From assembly GCF_006345805.1 (NCBI RefSeq), contig NC_043025.1, positions 7,688,001-7,752,000 of the forward strand: a DNA stretch of 64,000 nt, in the 5' to 3' direction. The position numbers were made by a program, and so were the translations under genes. This document shows positions 47,404 to 61,604 of this stretch, piece by piece. Source of the DNA: Octopus sinensis. Taxonomy: Eukaryota. The notes below the pieces were generated by a model. That model worked only from the letters and a program-made list of their open reading frames with translations, made no database searches and had not been told where the DNA came from. Positions within the stretch are counted from its first letter, which is position 1, and each line of letters starts with the position of its first letter.

Positions 47404-47490
47404 AAAATAGCCAAATTTGCTATCTTCAATTTGGTTTTCATGCCTGTTCTCACCTATGGTCATAAATGTAGAGTAATGAGTGAAAAAGTG
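47404..47490 (+). mobile_element. RTE LINE RT remnant
   Basis: AKFAIFNLVFMPVLTYGHKCRVMSEKV resembles the RTE motif K..F.S.FVPILTYG.E.W.MT. Confidence 0.55.
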
Positions 47491-49809
47491 TGAAGGCATA
47501 TGGCTCAATGGTTAGAGTGTTGAGCTCACAATTATGAGGTAGTGAGTTCGATTCCTGGATCGAGCGGTGTGTTTTGTTCTTGAGCAAGACCTTTATTTCA
47601 CATTGCTTCGTTTCACTCATCTGTAGAAATGAATTGTAACATCATTCGTACCAAGCTGTATCGGCCCCTTTGCCTTTCCCTTGGATAACATTGGCGGCAT
47701 GGAGATGTGAGGCTGGTATGCATGGGCAACTGCTGGTCTTCCATAAGCAACCTTGCTCAGACTTATGCCTCGGAGGAGAACTTTCATGGTCATTCATGAC
47801 TGAAGGGGTCTTTACCCTCTACCCTGAATGAAAGATTACTATAGTGAATGCAAATGACTTAAATGGGAGTTCTTGCAGATCTCTGATGTAATGTTACTTG
47901 ACAGGGTGCATAGCTTGAAGATCAGAGAGTCCCTTCCAGGTCAAGTTGGCTACTTCTGTGCATTAAGGGCTCATGGCACTGGTACAATGTGATTAGATTG
48001 TTGCAGGAAAGAATTGCAAGATGGATTCTTCAAGTCAAGCCAACCCAAACCTAATGGCTGGAGGCCTAGGGGTAGTCTATGAATGAGATGGTCAAATAAT
48101 ATCAGTGCCGGTGGCACATAAGTGAACCATCTGAACGTGGTCATTGCCAGTGCCGCCCCGACTGGCCTCCGTGCCTGTGGCATGTAAAAAGCACCATTCG
48201 ATCGTGGCCATTGCTAGCTTCGCCTGGCCTCTGTACTGGTGGCAGGTAAAAAGCACCATCCGATCATGGCCATTGTTAGCCTTGCCTGGCCTCCGTGCCG
48301 GTGGCACGTTAAAAGCACCATCTGATCGTGGCTGTTGCCAGCCTGGCCTGGCCTCCGTGCCGGTGGCACGTTAAAAGCACCATTCGATCGTGGCCGTTGC
48401 TAGCCTGGCCTGGCCTCCGTGCTGGTGGCATGTAAAAAGCACCATCCGATCGTGGCCATTTGCCAGCCTCGTCTGGCACCTGTGCCTGTGGCATGTAAAA
48501 AGCACCCACTACACTCATGGAGTGGTTGGCGTTATGAAGGGCATCCAGCTGTAGAAACATTGCCAGATCTGCCTTTATGAAAGCGTATTCTTCGTTGTAA
48601 TAAGATTGTTTGCTCTGTTGCACTGGGGTAATATTTATAGAATTGATTTTCTTCTTGCACTATGTTGTATGGATCCAGCTAATGATAGCTGATCAATGAA
48701 CTTTATTAATCCTCTTCGGCATTATAATATGAAACATTAAATTCAATCCTTAGTGATTTCAAAAATAAATGAGCTTGAATCATCAAATCTTATAATCCTG
48801 CAACGAACTCCCCCTCTCCAAAATTGCAGGTCTTAGGTCAAAGATTGAAACCATTATTACAATTTATTGAGATATATTCTTTTCTACTTCAGGCACAAGG
48901 CCAGAAATTTTTGGGAGTGGGGGCCAGTCAAGTAGATCAACCCCAGTACGCAACTGGTACTTAATTTACCGAGCTGGCAGAAACGTTAGCACGCCGGGCG
49001 AAATGCTTAGCGGTATTTCGTCTGCGTTACGTTGTGAGTTCAAATTCCGCTGAGGTCGACTTTGCCTTTCATCCTTTCGGGGTCGATAAATTAAGTACCA
49101 GTTATGCACTGGGGTCGATGTAATTGACTTAATACTTATGTCTGTCCTTGTTTGTCCCCTCTGTGTTTAGCCCCTTGTGGGTAATAAAGAAATAGGTATT
49201 TCGTCTGTCGTCACGTTCTGAGTTCAAATTCCGCCTGGGTCGATAATTTAAGTACCAGTTACGCACTGGGGTCGATGTAATCGACTTAATATCTATGTCT
49301 GTCCTTGTTTGTCCCCTCTGTGTTTAGCCCCTTGTGGGTAATAAAGAAATAGGTACTTAATTTACTGACCCCTCCAAAAGGATGAAAGACAAAGTCGACC
49401 TTGGCGGAATTTGAACTCCGAAAGTAAAGACAGACGAAATACCGCTAAGCATTTCGCCTGGCGTGCTAACGTTTCTGCCAGCTTGCCGCCTTATTTATTG
49501 AGATATATTATAAGGTCTGTAAGGGTGACGCAAATGGTAACATGCTGAGCAGTAATTAATTTATTGATTAATGACTGAGTTCAAATCCTGCTAGTCAGCT
49601 TTCAACACAGCATTTTATCTCACTGTTGGTCTGCTGGAAATATTTTCTATATTCAGTTCAATAGGCGCAGGAGTTTAGGACTTATTCTTTTTGTAAGCCC
49701 AGTACTTATTCTATCGGTCTCTTTTGCCGAACCGCTAAGTTACGGGGACATAAACACACCAGCATCGGTTGTCAAGCAATGCTAGGGAGACAAATACAGA
49801 CACACAAAC

Positions 49810-49854
<45 letters not shown>

Positions 49855-50409
49855 ACAGGCTTCTTTCAGTTTCCGTCTACCAAATACACTCACAAGGCTT
49901 TGGTCGGCCCGGGGCTATAGCAGAAGACACTTGCCCAAGATGCCACGCAGTGGGACTGAACCCGGAACCATGTGGTTGGTTAACAAGCTACTTACCACAC
50001 AGCAGTTTCGGGGGAGGGGATAAGTCAATTACATAAACCCCAGTGTTCAACTGGGACTTATTTTATCAACCCCAAAACGACAAAAGGATGGTCAACCTCA
50101 GCATCATTTGAACACAGAATGTAAAAGGCAGACGAAATGCTGCCAAGCATTTTGCCCGGTGTGGTAAAGGGTTCTGCCAGCTCCCTGCCTTTTTGGTCAG
50201 TGTGTTAGATTAAATATATAAACTGAAGGGTTGGTCATGACTTGAGTGTCTTTGCTCATAGTTCTGATTGATCGAGACTAAGCAAGGGCTGTACAACGAC
50301 CACAAAAGCTTTCAGAGCAATTCACGCCATTAGAGTTTAGAATCTAGCTACATTAACACTACTGCAATAAAGCCCACCACCACCACCACCACTGCTTATG
50401 CTGCTGCTG

Positions 50410-50459
<50 letters not shown>

Positions 50460-50899
50460 GCTATCGGTATTAGCATCCCTGCTACTGATGCGACTGGAAA
50501 GAGGCAGCCTCTTTGTGGTGCCTCAAATGCAATCCTTGTGTCCAGCAAAGGGAGAAAGCGCATTGGATAAGTTAGTCCAGGGTACACTATGCCCTATAGA
50601 CAGGAAGACACAAGGAAGAAGAAATCGATGCTCCCGGCTAACATATTGTCGAGAATGGGTCTGTTAAAGCAAGGCCGTCTTTTGAGACTAAAAAAACTAG
50701 ACCACCACCACCACCACCAACAAAAGCAATGCGTGTTACTGAAATCGTCACCAAGAACACTGCCTCTACCGCCACCACCACCACTACCACTAATACTATT
50801 ACCACTACTACTATTACCGTCTCTACTATGTTGCACTCTGCTGTGTTTATTCCTATAATTCTGTTTTACGTACAGTGTAAAAATATATTTCTTCAGCTT

Positions 50900-51657
50900 T
50901 GTTATTTACGTACGTGTAGCGATGGCAGCTGAGGTTGTAGTGGCGGTAGTGGTAGTGGTGTTGGTAGATGGTGATGATGGTAGTGATGGTGGTGGTGGTG
51001 GTGGTGCTGGTGAAGATGATGATGAAGGTGCTGGTGGCAGTGATCATTGTGGTGAAGGGGCGGCAGCAGTGATGTCGGTAATAATGATGATGATGGTAGT
51101 GATGGTGGTGGTGGTGATGATGGTGGTGGTGGTGGTGGTGAAGATGATGATGAGGATGCTGGTGGTGGTGGTGGCGGCAGTGATGTCAGTAGTAATGGTG
51201 ATGATGATGGTGGTGGTGGTGATGGTGGCGATGGTGATAGTACAGGTAGTAGTGGTTGCAGCAGGGAGGTAGCACTTGCAGCAGTGGTGATGGTGGTGGT
51301 GGTGGTAGTGGTGGTGATGGTGGCGATGGTGATGGTACAGGTAGTGGTGGTTGCAGCAGGGAGGTAGCACTTGCAGCAGTGGTGATGGTGGTGGGGGTAG
51401 TGGCGGTGATGGTGGCGATGGTGATAGTACAGGTAGTAGTGGTTGCAGCAGTGGTGATGATGGTGGTGGTGGTGGTGGTAGTGGCGGTGATGGTGGCGAT
51501 GGTGATAGTACAGGTGGTGGTGGTTGCAGCAGGGAGGTAGCACTTGCAGGAGTGGTGGTGATGTTAATAGCGATGGTGGTGGTAGTGGTAGTGGTGGTTG
51601 TTTTCTGCTATCTGATTTTTATCTTATTTATGTAGTAGACATAGAAATAATAGAAAA

Positions 51658-51693
<36 letters not shown>

Positions 51694-52161
51694 AGGAGGA
51701 GAAGGAGCAGGAGAGAGTAGAGAGAAGGAGAGAGAGAGAGAAAGTTAGAAGGAGGGGTTTGTAGTATATCTGGTTTATTTTTTTCCTGTTTTTGTTGTTT
51801 TGTTTTCCTTAGAGAATTTGGCCTTGCAATGCATTGCAATGTTGCATGATTAATCGTCGTGAAGGAGGTGATGGTGGTAGTGGTGGTGGTGGTGGTGGTG
51901 GTGGTGGTGGTGGTGGTTGCTTAGTTGCAGGCCAGCTCTATTTGAGCGACTGACCCTATCCCTATGCTCAGAGGCATTCCAGAAATGACCATCCTGTCTG
52001 GTTTTTTTTTTTGTTTTTTCCCCCTACGTGCAGGAAACCTGAGACAACAGTAAGCAACATGTGTTTTTATCAAATACATTGCAATGTTGCTAGATTAGTA
52101 GCAGTGGTGGTGGTGGTGGTGGTCGTCGTCGTCGTCGTTGCTTAGCAGCAGCAGCAGTTGC

Positions 52162-52195
<34 letters not shown>

Positions 52196-53310
52196 CTGGT
52201 TGTGATGGTGGTAGTGTTTACCTAGCTCTAAGCTACCTCGGTTTGAGCATCCTTATGCTCAAATACCATCTTGCAATCTTTCCCCTCAGCTCCAAGTCAA
52301 CTTTATTTGAACAACCCCATGCTCAAAGGCGCTCCAACCTCGACCATCCTGTCTTTTTTTTCTACAGGCAGTAAATCCAAGACCACACTATTCAATGTGT
52401 TTCTGTTTTTAAAGGGAGGGTCTATTTCTAGCAGGTTGGGCCCTCTCGCATGCTGTTGACACAGAGCTGGTGATGGTGGTAGTATGAGCTGTAGTAGCCT
52501 TAGTGGTAGTGGAGGTAGTAGAAGGTGTAGTAGTAGCAGTGGTGCCATGACTGGTGATGGTTGTATATGTAGTAGTAGTAGTAGTAGCGTTAGGGATTGT
52601 AGTGCTGGTGGTAGTAGTAGTAAGGTGATGTGATGGTGGTGTGTTGGTGGTATTTGTTGTTGTATGGGCACTGGTGGTGGTTGTGGTGGTTGTTGCTGTA
52701 TCGAATAGCAATGAAAGTGGTGGTGGCTATGGTGGTAGTGCTTCTCACGGTAACGACTACTAATAGAATCGGTGGTGGTAGTGGTGGTCATATCTATGGT
52801 TGTCATGGTGTAGCGATGGTAGATGTTCACCCAGTTGTAGTAGTAGTAGTAGTAGCAGGAGGAGGAGGAGGAGGAGGAGGAGGAGGAGTAGGAGGAGCAG
52901 TTGTTGCTGTTGCTATGACAATATTCGTTGTGGTGGTAGTGAGAAGTGATGGAAGGAGTATGAGTGGAGGTGGTAGTGGTGGTGGAAAGGCTGATGGTAG
53001 AAGGTATGCATAGTACAGGTAATGGTATATAGTGGTGGTTTGGGAAGTATATGTAATAGTGGTAGCTGCAGTAGTAGTAGTAGTAGTAGTAGTAGTGATG
53101 TTGGTAGTAGTAGAAGTAGTAGTAGTAGAAGTAGTAGTAGTCGAAGTAGTAGTAGTAGAGTAGTAGTAGTAGTCGAAGTAGTAGTAGTAGTAGTGTAGTA
53201 GTAGTAGTAGTAGTATAAAAGTAGTAGTAGTAGTAGTGATGTTGGTAGTAGAAGTAGTAGTAGTAGTAGTCGAAGTAGTAGTAGTAGTAGTGATGTTGGT
53301 AGAGTCAGAA
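50900..53310. repeat. (GGT)n, (GAT)n and (GTA)n trinucleotide tracts
   Basis: Direct reading. They account for the poly-V/poly-H/poly-L ORFs. Confidence 0.9.
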
Positions 53311-53859
53311 GTATAAAGTGGTTGTGATAAAGTATAGGATGTAGTGTTGATGTTGGTGTAATATTTACACGTTTATACACAGTATGTTGGTGTAGTTGTT
53401 GAAATTGTTGATGTGGTGGCTGGCATCCTGTATCTCGACTGACTCACTGTTTTTGTTTTGCAGTTGATGTTGCTACTATTGCATCTGACACTACACCTGT
53501 GACTCACTGCTGCTGCAGCCGACGCTGCTGCTGCAATTGTTTACATTTTGCAACTACTATGATTGTTGCTGTTGTTGTTTTTGTTGTTATTGTTGCACAT
53601 TGTATCTGCTACGACTGCTGTTTCTGCTGCCGTTGCTCTTTAACCCTGAGTCGCTCTCTCATCCTACAATGAAACATATTGTCGCTGTGGCTGTACCTTC
53701 ATTTCTAAGATAAAATGTATCGAGGACTAGATTATCTAATTATTAATATTGGTGGCATTAGTTGCTACTGCTGCTGTTACTACTGCTGCTGTTGTTGTTT
53801 AACCCTTGCCCAGATCAGGTAGATCCATGATCAAAAATGCTTCATCTATATTCAAACAC

Positions 53860-55150
53860 TGTATTTTAAGACATCATTACCCAAGATGTTATTTGAAGGA
53901 GATCTCACTGCTCTTTCTAGCAATTTCAGTGACCACATACAAATTCTTCTGGTAAGGTGTTGTTGCTTAACAAACTCAGCGGAACTACAGTCAAAGATGT
54001 ATCGTCTCTTATTAAAAAAAAATACATATTTAGGACATCATTATCTAACATACCCTTCATTTTTCAAGACTAGAGTGTTATTTGAAGGAGATCTCACTGC
54101 ACTTTCTAGCAATTTCAGTGACCACATACAAATTCTTCTGGTAAGGTGTTGTTGCTTAACAAACTCAGCGGAACTACAGTCAAAGATGTATCGTCTCTTA
54201 TTAAAAAAAAATACATATTTAGGACATCATTATCTAACATACCCTTCATTTTTCAAGACTAGAGTGTTATTTGAAGGAGATCTCACTGCACTTTCTAGCA
54301 ATTTCAGTGACCACGTAGAAATTCTTCTGGTAAGGTGTTGTTGCTGAACAAACTCAACAGAACTACAGTCAAAGATGTATCGTCTCTTATTAAAAAAAAT
54401 GCATATTTTGGACATCATTATCTAACAAACCCTTCATTTTTCAAGACTAGGGTGTTATTTGAAGGAGATATTAGTGCTCTTTCTAATAATTTCAGTGACC
54501 ACACAGAGGCTCTGTAGTCAGTTCAAGGTGTTGCAGTTATTTGTGTTTAACCTGCATCAATCCAGCTAGACTATGAACAAAGATGTTTCAAGCTGCATGC
54601 TATTTGAAGGAAATCTGGCTGCACTTTCTAGCAATTTCAATGAATACATAAAGGCTCTCTCAGCTCAAGGTGTTATTGTTTAACCAATCCAGCAGGACTT
54701 TGGTCAAAAATGGTCGTCTATGGTCATCTTTTATTTAAAAAAATGTATATTTAGGGCATAATTATCTGATGTGTCCTTCCTTTTTTAAGACTGTAGAATT
54801 TAATTTGAGGGAGATCTAGCTGCAATTTCTAGCAATTTGAATGACCATGTTGTTGATTCATGTTGCTGTAGATGTTGTTGTTGCTTAGCCAATTCAGCTG
54901 AACTATGGCCAAACACTATGTATATATATTTAAGACATTGTTATCCAACATGCTCTTCCTTTTTTAAGACAGCAGGGTGTTATACAAGGGTGATCTGGCT
55001 GCAATTTCTAGCAGTTTGAGTCACCATGGTTGTTTTTGTTATTGTTGTTTATTCAAACACTGTGTATTTCAGACATCGTTATCCAAGTGCCCTTCGTTTT
55101 ATTAAGACAAGGTGTTACTCGAGGAAGGTCTGGTTGCAGTTTGTCATTGT
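53860..55150. repeat. 189-bp tandem repeat: 3-4 near-identical units then degenerate units
   Basis: GTTATTTGAAGG at 53888, 54077, 54266, 54454. Decayed copies near 54600, 54800, 54990, 55120. Confidence 0.9.
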
Positions 55151-55433
55151 CCTGAGTCAACCCTGAGAAAGCAGGCCCGTGACCTCAAGAATACTCATAT
55201 GTACACTCTACTCTTTACTCTTTTACTTGTTTCAGTCATTTGACTGCGGCCATGCTGGAGCACCGCCTTAAGTCGAGCAACTCGACCCCGGGACTTATTC
55301 TTTTGTAAGCCCAGTACTTATTCTATCGGTCTCTTTTGCCAAACCGCTAAGTGACGGGGACGTAAACACACCAGCATCGGTTGTCAAGCAATGCTAGGGG
55401 GGACAGACACACAAACATACACATGCATATATA

Positions 55434-55464
<31 letters not shown>

Positions 55465-55489
55465 CATATATATACATATATACGACGGG

Positions 55490-56800
55490 CTTCTTTCAGT
55501 TTCCGTCTCCCAAATCCACTCACAAGGCATTGGTCGGCCCGAGGCTATAGCAGAAGACACTTATACTCAAGATGCCACGCAGTGGGACTGAACCCGGAAC
55601 CATGTGGTTGGTAAGCAAGCTACTTACCACACAGCCACTCCTGCGCATATATATATATATACATATATACGACAGGCTTCTTTCAGTTTCCGTCTACCAA
55701 ATCCACTCACAAGGCATTGGTCGGCCCGAGGCTATAGCAGAAGACACTTATACTCAAGATGCCACGCAGTGGGACTGAACCTGGAACCATGTGGTTGGTA
55801 AGCAAGCTACTTACCACACAGCCACTCCTGCACATATATATATATATACATATATACGACAGGCTTCTTTCAGTTTCCGTCTACCAAATCCACTCACAAG
55901 CATTGGTCGGCCCGAGGCTATAGCAGAAGACACTTATACTCAAGATGCCACGCAGTGGGACTGAACCTGGAACCATGTGGTTGGTAAGCAAGCTACTTAC
56001 CACACAGCCACTCCTGCACATATATATATATATACATATATACGACAGGCTTCTTTCAGTTTCTGTCTACCAAATCCACTCACAAGGCATTGGTCGGCCC
56101 GAGGCTATAGCAGAAGACACTTATACTCAAGATGCCACGCAGTGGGACTGAACCCGGAACCATGTGGTTGGTAAGCAAGCTACTTACCACACAGCCACTC
56201 CTGCGCACATGATCAATATATATATATATATACATATATACGACAGGCTTCTTTCAGTTTCCGTCTACCAAATCCACTCACAAGGCATTGGTCGGCCCGA
56301 GGCTATAGCAGAAGACACTTATACTCAAGATGCCACGCAGTGGGACTGAACCCGGAACCATGTGGTTGGTTAGCAAGCTACTTACCACACAGCCACTCCT
56401 GCGCACATGATCAATATATATATATATATACATATATACGACAGGCTTCTTTCAGTTTCCGTCTACCAAATCCACTCACAAGGCATTGGTCGGCCCGAGG
56501 CTATGGCAGAAGACACTTATACTCAAGATGCCACGCAGTGGGACTGAACCCGGAACCATGTGGTTGGTAAGCAAGCTACTTACCACACAGCCACTCCTGC
56601 GCACATGATCAATATATATATATATATACATATATACGCAGGCTTCTTTCAGTTTCCGTCTACCAATCCACTCACCACTCACAAGGCATTGGTCGGCCCG
56701 AGGCTATAGCAGAAGACACTTATACTCAAGATGCCACGCAGTGGGACTGAACCCGGAACCATGTGGTTGGTTAGCAAGCTACTTACCACACAGCCACTCC
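55490..56800 (-). repeat. Seven tandem units (about 185-200 bp) of the SINE family A 5' half
   Basis: Each unit carries the private variant GAAGACACTTATACTCAAG. Confidence 0.92.
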
Positions 56801-58349
56801 TTGTCTTTTTTTGTTTTTATTTATCAGATCTGGTTCATTATTGTTGTATAGTCCCATCTTAGCAAGTAGACACAGCAAACCAGCAAGATGACTAGGTGTG
56901 GCCTACAGATTTATTGTTCCTCATACTGTCAAAGCTCGTGCTTAGATGGCAACCATACTGCACATTTCAACATGCAGCAGTTAACTGCATGGGACGTAGT
57001 GCAACAGTCTTGTCTCGCTGCACTCTCTCAACTATGCAGTCTAGTTCTATGCATCTGCTGCGCTTTAGTTGTCGGTCAGCACTGTTCAAGCTAACTTATA
57101 TATTTCTTTACTGCCCACAAGGGGCTAAACACAGAGGGGGACAAACAAGGACAGACAAACGGGTTAAGTCGATTACATCGACCCCAGTGCGTAACTGGTA
57201 CTTAATTTATCGACCCCAAAAGGATGAAAGGTAAAGTCGACCTCGGCGGGATTTGAACTCAGAACGTAGCGGCAGACGAAATACCTATTTCTTTACTACC
57301 CACAAGGGGCTAAACACAGAGGGGACAAACAAGGACAGACAAACGGGTTAAGTCGATTACATCGACCCCAGTGCGTAACTGGTACTTAATTTATCGACCC
57401 CAAAAGGATGAAAGGTAAAGTCGACCTCGGCGGGATTTGAACTCAGAACGTAGCGGCAGACGAAATACGGCTACGCATTTCGCCCGGCTTGCTAACGTTT
57501 CTGCCAGCTAACCTCAAGCTAACTTATAAGCTAGTGTTCCAGCTGTGACCATCCCATTTGATTGTGCTGAAGACAATGTGCTGAAGTAAAGGAATGGGTG
57601 TGTCGTGGAGAAGCCGGTTTCTCAACAGTATGGCTACAAGTTCAATCCCACTGCATGGCACCTTGGACATATGTCTTCTACTATAGCCCTAGGCTGACCA
57701 AAGCCTTGTGAGTGGACTTGTTAGATGGAATTCAAAGAAGCTTGTCAAATATATACATAGTATAGATGTGTGTGTGTGTGTCTATATATATGTATGTATG
57801 TATGTATATATGTATGTATATGGATATATAATATGTATATCTATATGTATATGGATATGTCTATATTATATATATAAGTACAAAGTGAGATAGGGGTTAT
57901 GAGGGTAACCCGCTATGGGATATCAGTTATCCAATATACTGCCAGTGAAGTACCCAAAAGGCTAATACATAAATGCTTATAATTGCAATGCAATTAATTC
58001 ATTTATTGTATTAGATAGGCGAAGGTAAAATGTTTTACCTCAAATTCATAATACAAAATAAGAAAATGGAGGAATAGATTCATTTCAATCATCAACTTAC
58101 AGATAATACCAATTCATATTATATTATATTTATCCCAGTGCGTAACTGGTACTTAATTTATCGACCCCGAAAGGATGAAAGGCAAAGTCGACCTCCGCGG
58201 AATTTGAACTCAGTACTTCGCCCTGTGTGCTAACGTTTCTGCCAGCTCCCCGCCTTTTCATCATACCTGAGACAATCCCTCTTAATATTTTCTTGCTTTA
58301 TTCTCTCTACCTCTGTCCTCTGTCTCTCTACATCAGTCTCTACCTCCTG

Positions 58350-58891
58350 CCTTGCTGTCTGGCTCACTGACTGTCTGGTTCACTGGCTGTCTGACTGGCT
58401 GGCTGTCTGACTGTCTGTCTGTCTGTGTGTCCCTGCCATGTGTCACTATGCTCCCTTCAGATAAATTTCATTGCCTCCTCTCTCCCTTCTTTCCTTTTCT
58501 CCTCGCACTGTATTACTCTGTTTCTGTCTGTCTGTCTGTCTGTCTATCTCTCTCATCATCTCTCTGCCTCTCTCTCTCCCTCTCTCTCTCCCTCTCTCTG
58601 TTTCTCAATACTAGCTTTCTATCTCTTTCTCTTCATTCCTCAGTTTCTCTTTCTCTCCCCCCTCTCTCACTATCTCTGTCTCTCCTTCTATTTATGTTCC
58701 CCTATCATTATCTCTCCTTTTCTCTCTCTCTCACACAATTCTACTCTATATATATATACACATATATATATATATGTATATACATACATATATATATATA
58801 TATCTGTATTTCTTTCCTTTTATAACCATCTCACTATCTCTCCCTCTCGTTATCTCTCTGTCTTCTCTCTCTCTCTCACACAATTCTACTC

Positions 58892-58962
<71 letters not shown>

Positions 58963-59123
58963 GTATATACATACATATATACACATATGTATATCTGTAT
59001 TTCTTTCCTTTTATAACCATCTCACTATCTCTCCCTCTCATTATCTCTCTCTCCGAAGTCCACTCCCTCTCTTTATCTCCCCCTCTGTCTCCCTCCATAT
59101 ATCTGTCTCCCTTTCACCATCTC

Positions 59124-59166
<43 letters not shown>

Positions 59167-59350
59167 CTCATTTTATTTTACTCTATTTCTATTTCCTTAT
59201 CCCATTTTTCTGTTATCCACTTTCACTTGCTCTATTTGTTCGTCATTGTTTACTTCTGTGTCTCTCATACACACAAGCACTCTCTGTTTCTCCCCTTCTC
59301 TCACTCTCCCACACTCTCCCTTTCTCTCCTCCCTCTCTCTCCCCATGTAT
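58350..59350. repeat. (CT)/(CTGT)/(TA) low-complexity tract with an internal near-duplication
   Basis: Direct reading. Confidence 0.85.
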
Positions 59351-59756
59351 TTGTCACCATATCTGTCTATTTACCCACACCGCCTACTCAATCCACCAGC
59401 ACCACAGTGTCTTGTCATTAAATATTTACACACAAATATCAGCCAGTTTAAACTCCACTAAAGTCCTGGCTTCCTACTGAAATATTTTCTCTTCTTACTC
59501 ATCTCTCCACACACTCAAGCTTCCAGCACTCCACTCTGTGTCTCTGTGTGTCTGCCCAGCTGTCTGTGTGTGCCTGTTTGTATATCTATCTGCCTGTATG
59601 TCCGTCTGTCCGTATGTCGGTTGGTATGTCTTTGCCGTTGTTTGATAGTATTCCTGTTGATATGTCTTGCCTCATTGTCCATTTCTGTATGTGTGTGTGT
59701 GTGTGTACTTTTCTCACAAACATTCATATACACAGGTACAGAACACACGTACGCGC

Positions 59757-59791
<35 letters not shown>

Positions 59792-60021
59792 CTCTCTCTT
59801 TACTCTTTTACTTGTTTCAGTCATTTGACTGCGGCCATGCTGGAGCACCGCCTTTAATCGAGCAACTTGACCCCGGGACTTATTCTTTTGTAAGCCCAGT
59901 ACTTATTCTATTGGTGTCTTTTTGCCGAACTGCTAAGTGACGGGGACATAAACACACCAGCATCGGTTGTCAAGCAATGCTAAGGGGACAAACATAGATA
60001 CACAAATACACACAACATATA

Positions 60022-60054
<33 letters not shown>

Positions 60055-60176
60055 CAGCCGAAATTGCGAAGATGATCCGGTTCTTGACTGAAGATTGAAG
60101 GCTTCGAATGTCCCATCCGTGTTTTTTGTATTGTCTTCTAAATGTTTCACGTTCTTGTCCCAGTTTTGTATTTTTT

Positions 60177-60234
<58 letters not shown>

Positions 60235-60906
60235 CATATATACATATATACGACGGGCTTCTTTCAGTTTCCGTCTACCAAATCCATTCACAAGGCTTTG
60301 GTCGGCCCGAGGCTATAGTAGAAGACACTTGCCCAAGGTGCCACGCAGTGGGACTGAACCCGGAACCATGTGGTTGGTAAACAAGCTACTTACCACACAG
60401 CCACTCCTGCGCCTATATATATATATCTTTTTCGGATCCTAAAGGACAAGCTTAGGACTACAGTATCCATTGTGTCTTCTGTTTTGTCAAGGTGACAAAT
60501 CAATACCCTGCAAGTGTAAAAAAAAAATGGGGGTTGTGTGATAAGAAGCTTGCTATCCGACCACATACTTCTGGGTTCAGTTCTACTGCGTAGCACCTTG
60601 GGCAAGTGTCTTCTACTATAAGCCATGAGCTGACCAAAGCCTTGTGAGTAGATTTGGTAGAAGGAAACTGAAAGAAGCTTGTCCTAGAGTGTGCTTCTTT
60701 TCTGTGGATATATGATCCACTGATGATATCTATCTCTCTCCCTCTCTCTATACATAAACTTGCGTGTGTGTGTGTGTGTGTGTATATATGTATATATACA
60801 TGTGTGGCACAGATGCAAGTATACACATATCACACATGTACATGTACATAACCACATGTACACAGACATTCACACACAATACACACACATACATACATAC
60901 ATACGT

Positions 60907-60945
<39 letters not shown>

Positions 60946-61324
60946 CATACATACATACATACATATAACTTTGATAAATTTTGGCCAATATAGACCCAGG
61001 CCATGTCTAACTTAATAGCACCACCTGGTGAAGTCTTTTAGTCATATATGGGGGCACCAATGGCCCGCTCTAGCAAAGAGTTATTATTGTTGGAGACATA
61101 TCTGGGCGTAGGGGGTTGGTCCGGGATTTTTTGAAGAAATTTGTCTAGTGAACATTTGAATTTTTATGGGATCCGTTTCCATTTTGACGTGTTTTGGTAT
61201 GGTCTTAAAGAGAGCTGGATTGGTTGAGGTAAAGTAATTGTGATGTAATGTGTCCTGAGTTCATTTTTTGTTGTGGGCATATAGCACAGGGGCCAAGATA
61301 TATATATGTGTTTGAGGTTTTTAA

Positions 61325-61604
61325 GCAGATAAGGCCGAAAATGTCGCTAGAAGCTAGGATCACCAAGCGTAGATTGGCATATTTCGGTCATATTATGCGG
61401 AGAAAATCCCTGGAGAACGACATCATGCTCGGAATGGTCAGTGGCAAGAGAGGAAGAGGCCGACCTAGAACCTGCTGGCTTGACACCATCAGGAGTGATA
61501 CCGGAATGGACATGGCCAGTCTGAAGGAAGCTGCCCAGGATAGAACTGACTGGAGGACACTGATCCAACGAGTGACCGAGAGTCGACTTCGACTGAGCGG
61601 ATAG
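61325..61604 (+). mobile_element. RTE (BovB-like) LINE 3' end
   Basis: SLEARITKRRLAYFGHIMRRKSLENDIMLGMVSGKRGRGRPRTCWLDTIRSDTGM...AAQDRTDWR, the typical RTE ORF C-terminus. Confidence 0.9.

Noticed and set aside
47905-48040. Possible plus-strand exons (VHSLKIRESLP.. and ERIARWILQ)
   Set aside because: Marginal splice signals, no homology I can recognise and no consistent chain.
50470-50700. Non-repetitive island between trinucleotide tracts
   Set aside because: No frame gives a recognisable protein or clear splice boundaries.
56888-57094. Cys-rich 68-aa ORF
   Set aside because: No splice context or known cysteine pattern, and the length is compatible with chance.
60060-60115. CTGAAGA...GAATGTC hammerhead-like string
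   Set aside because: GAAA is incomplete and the stems are poor.
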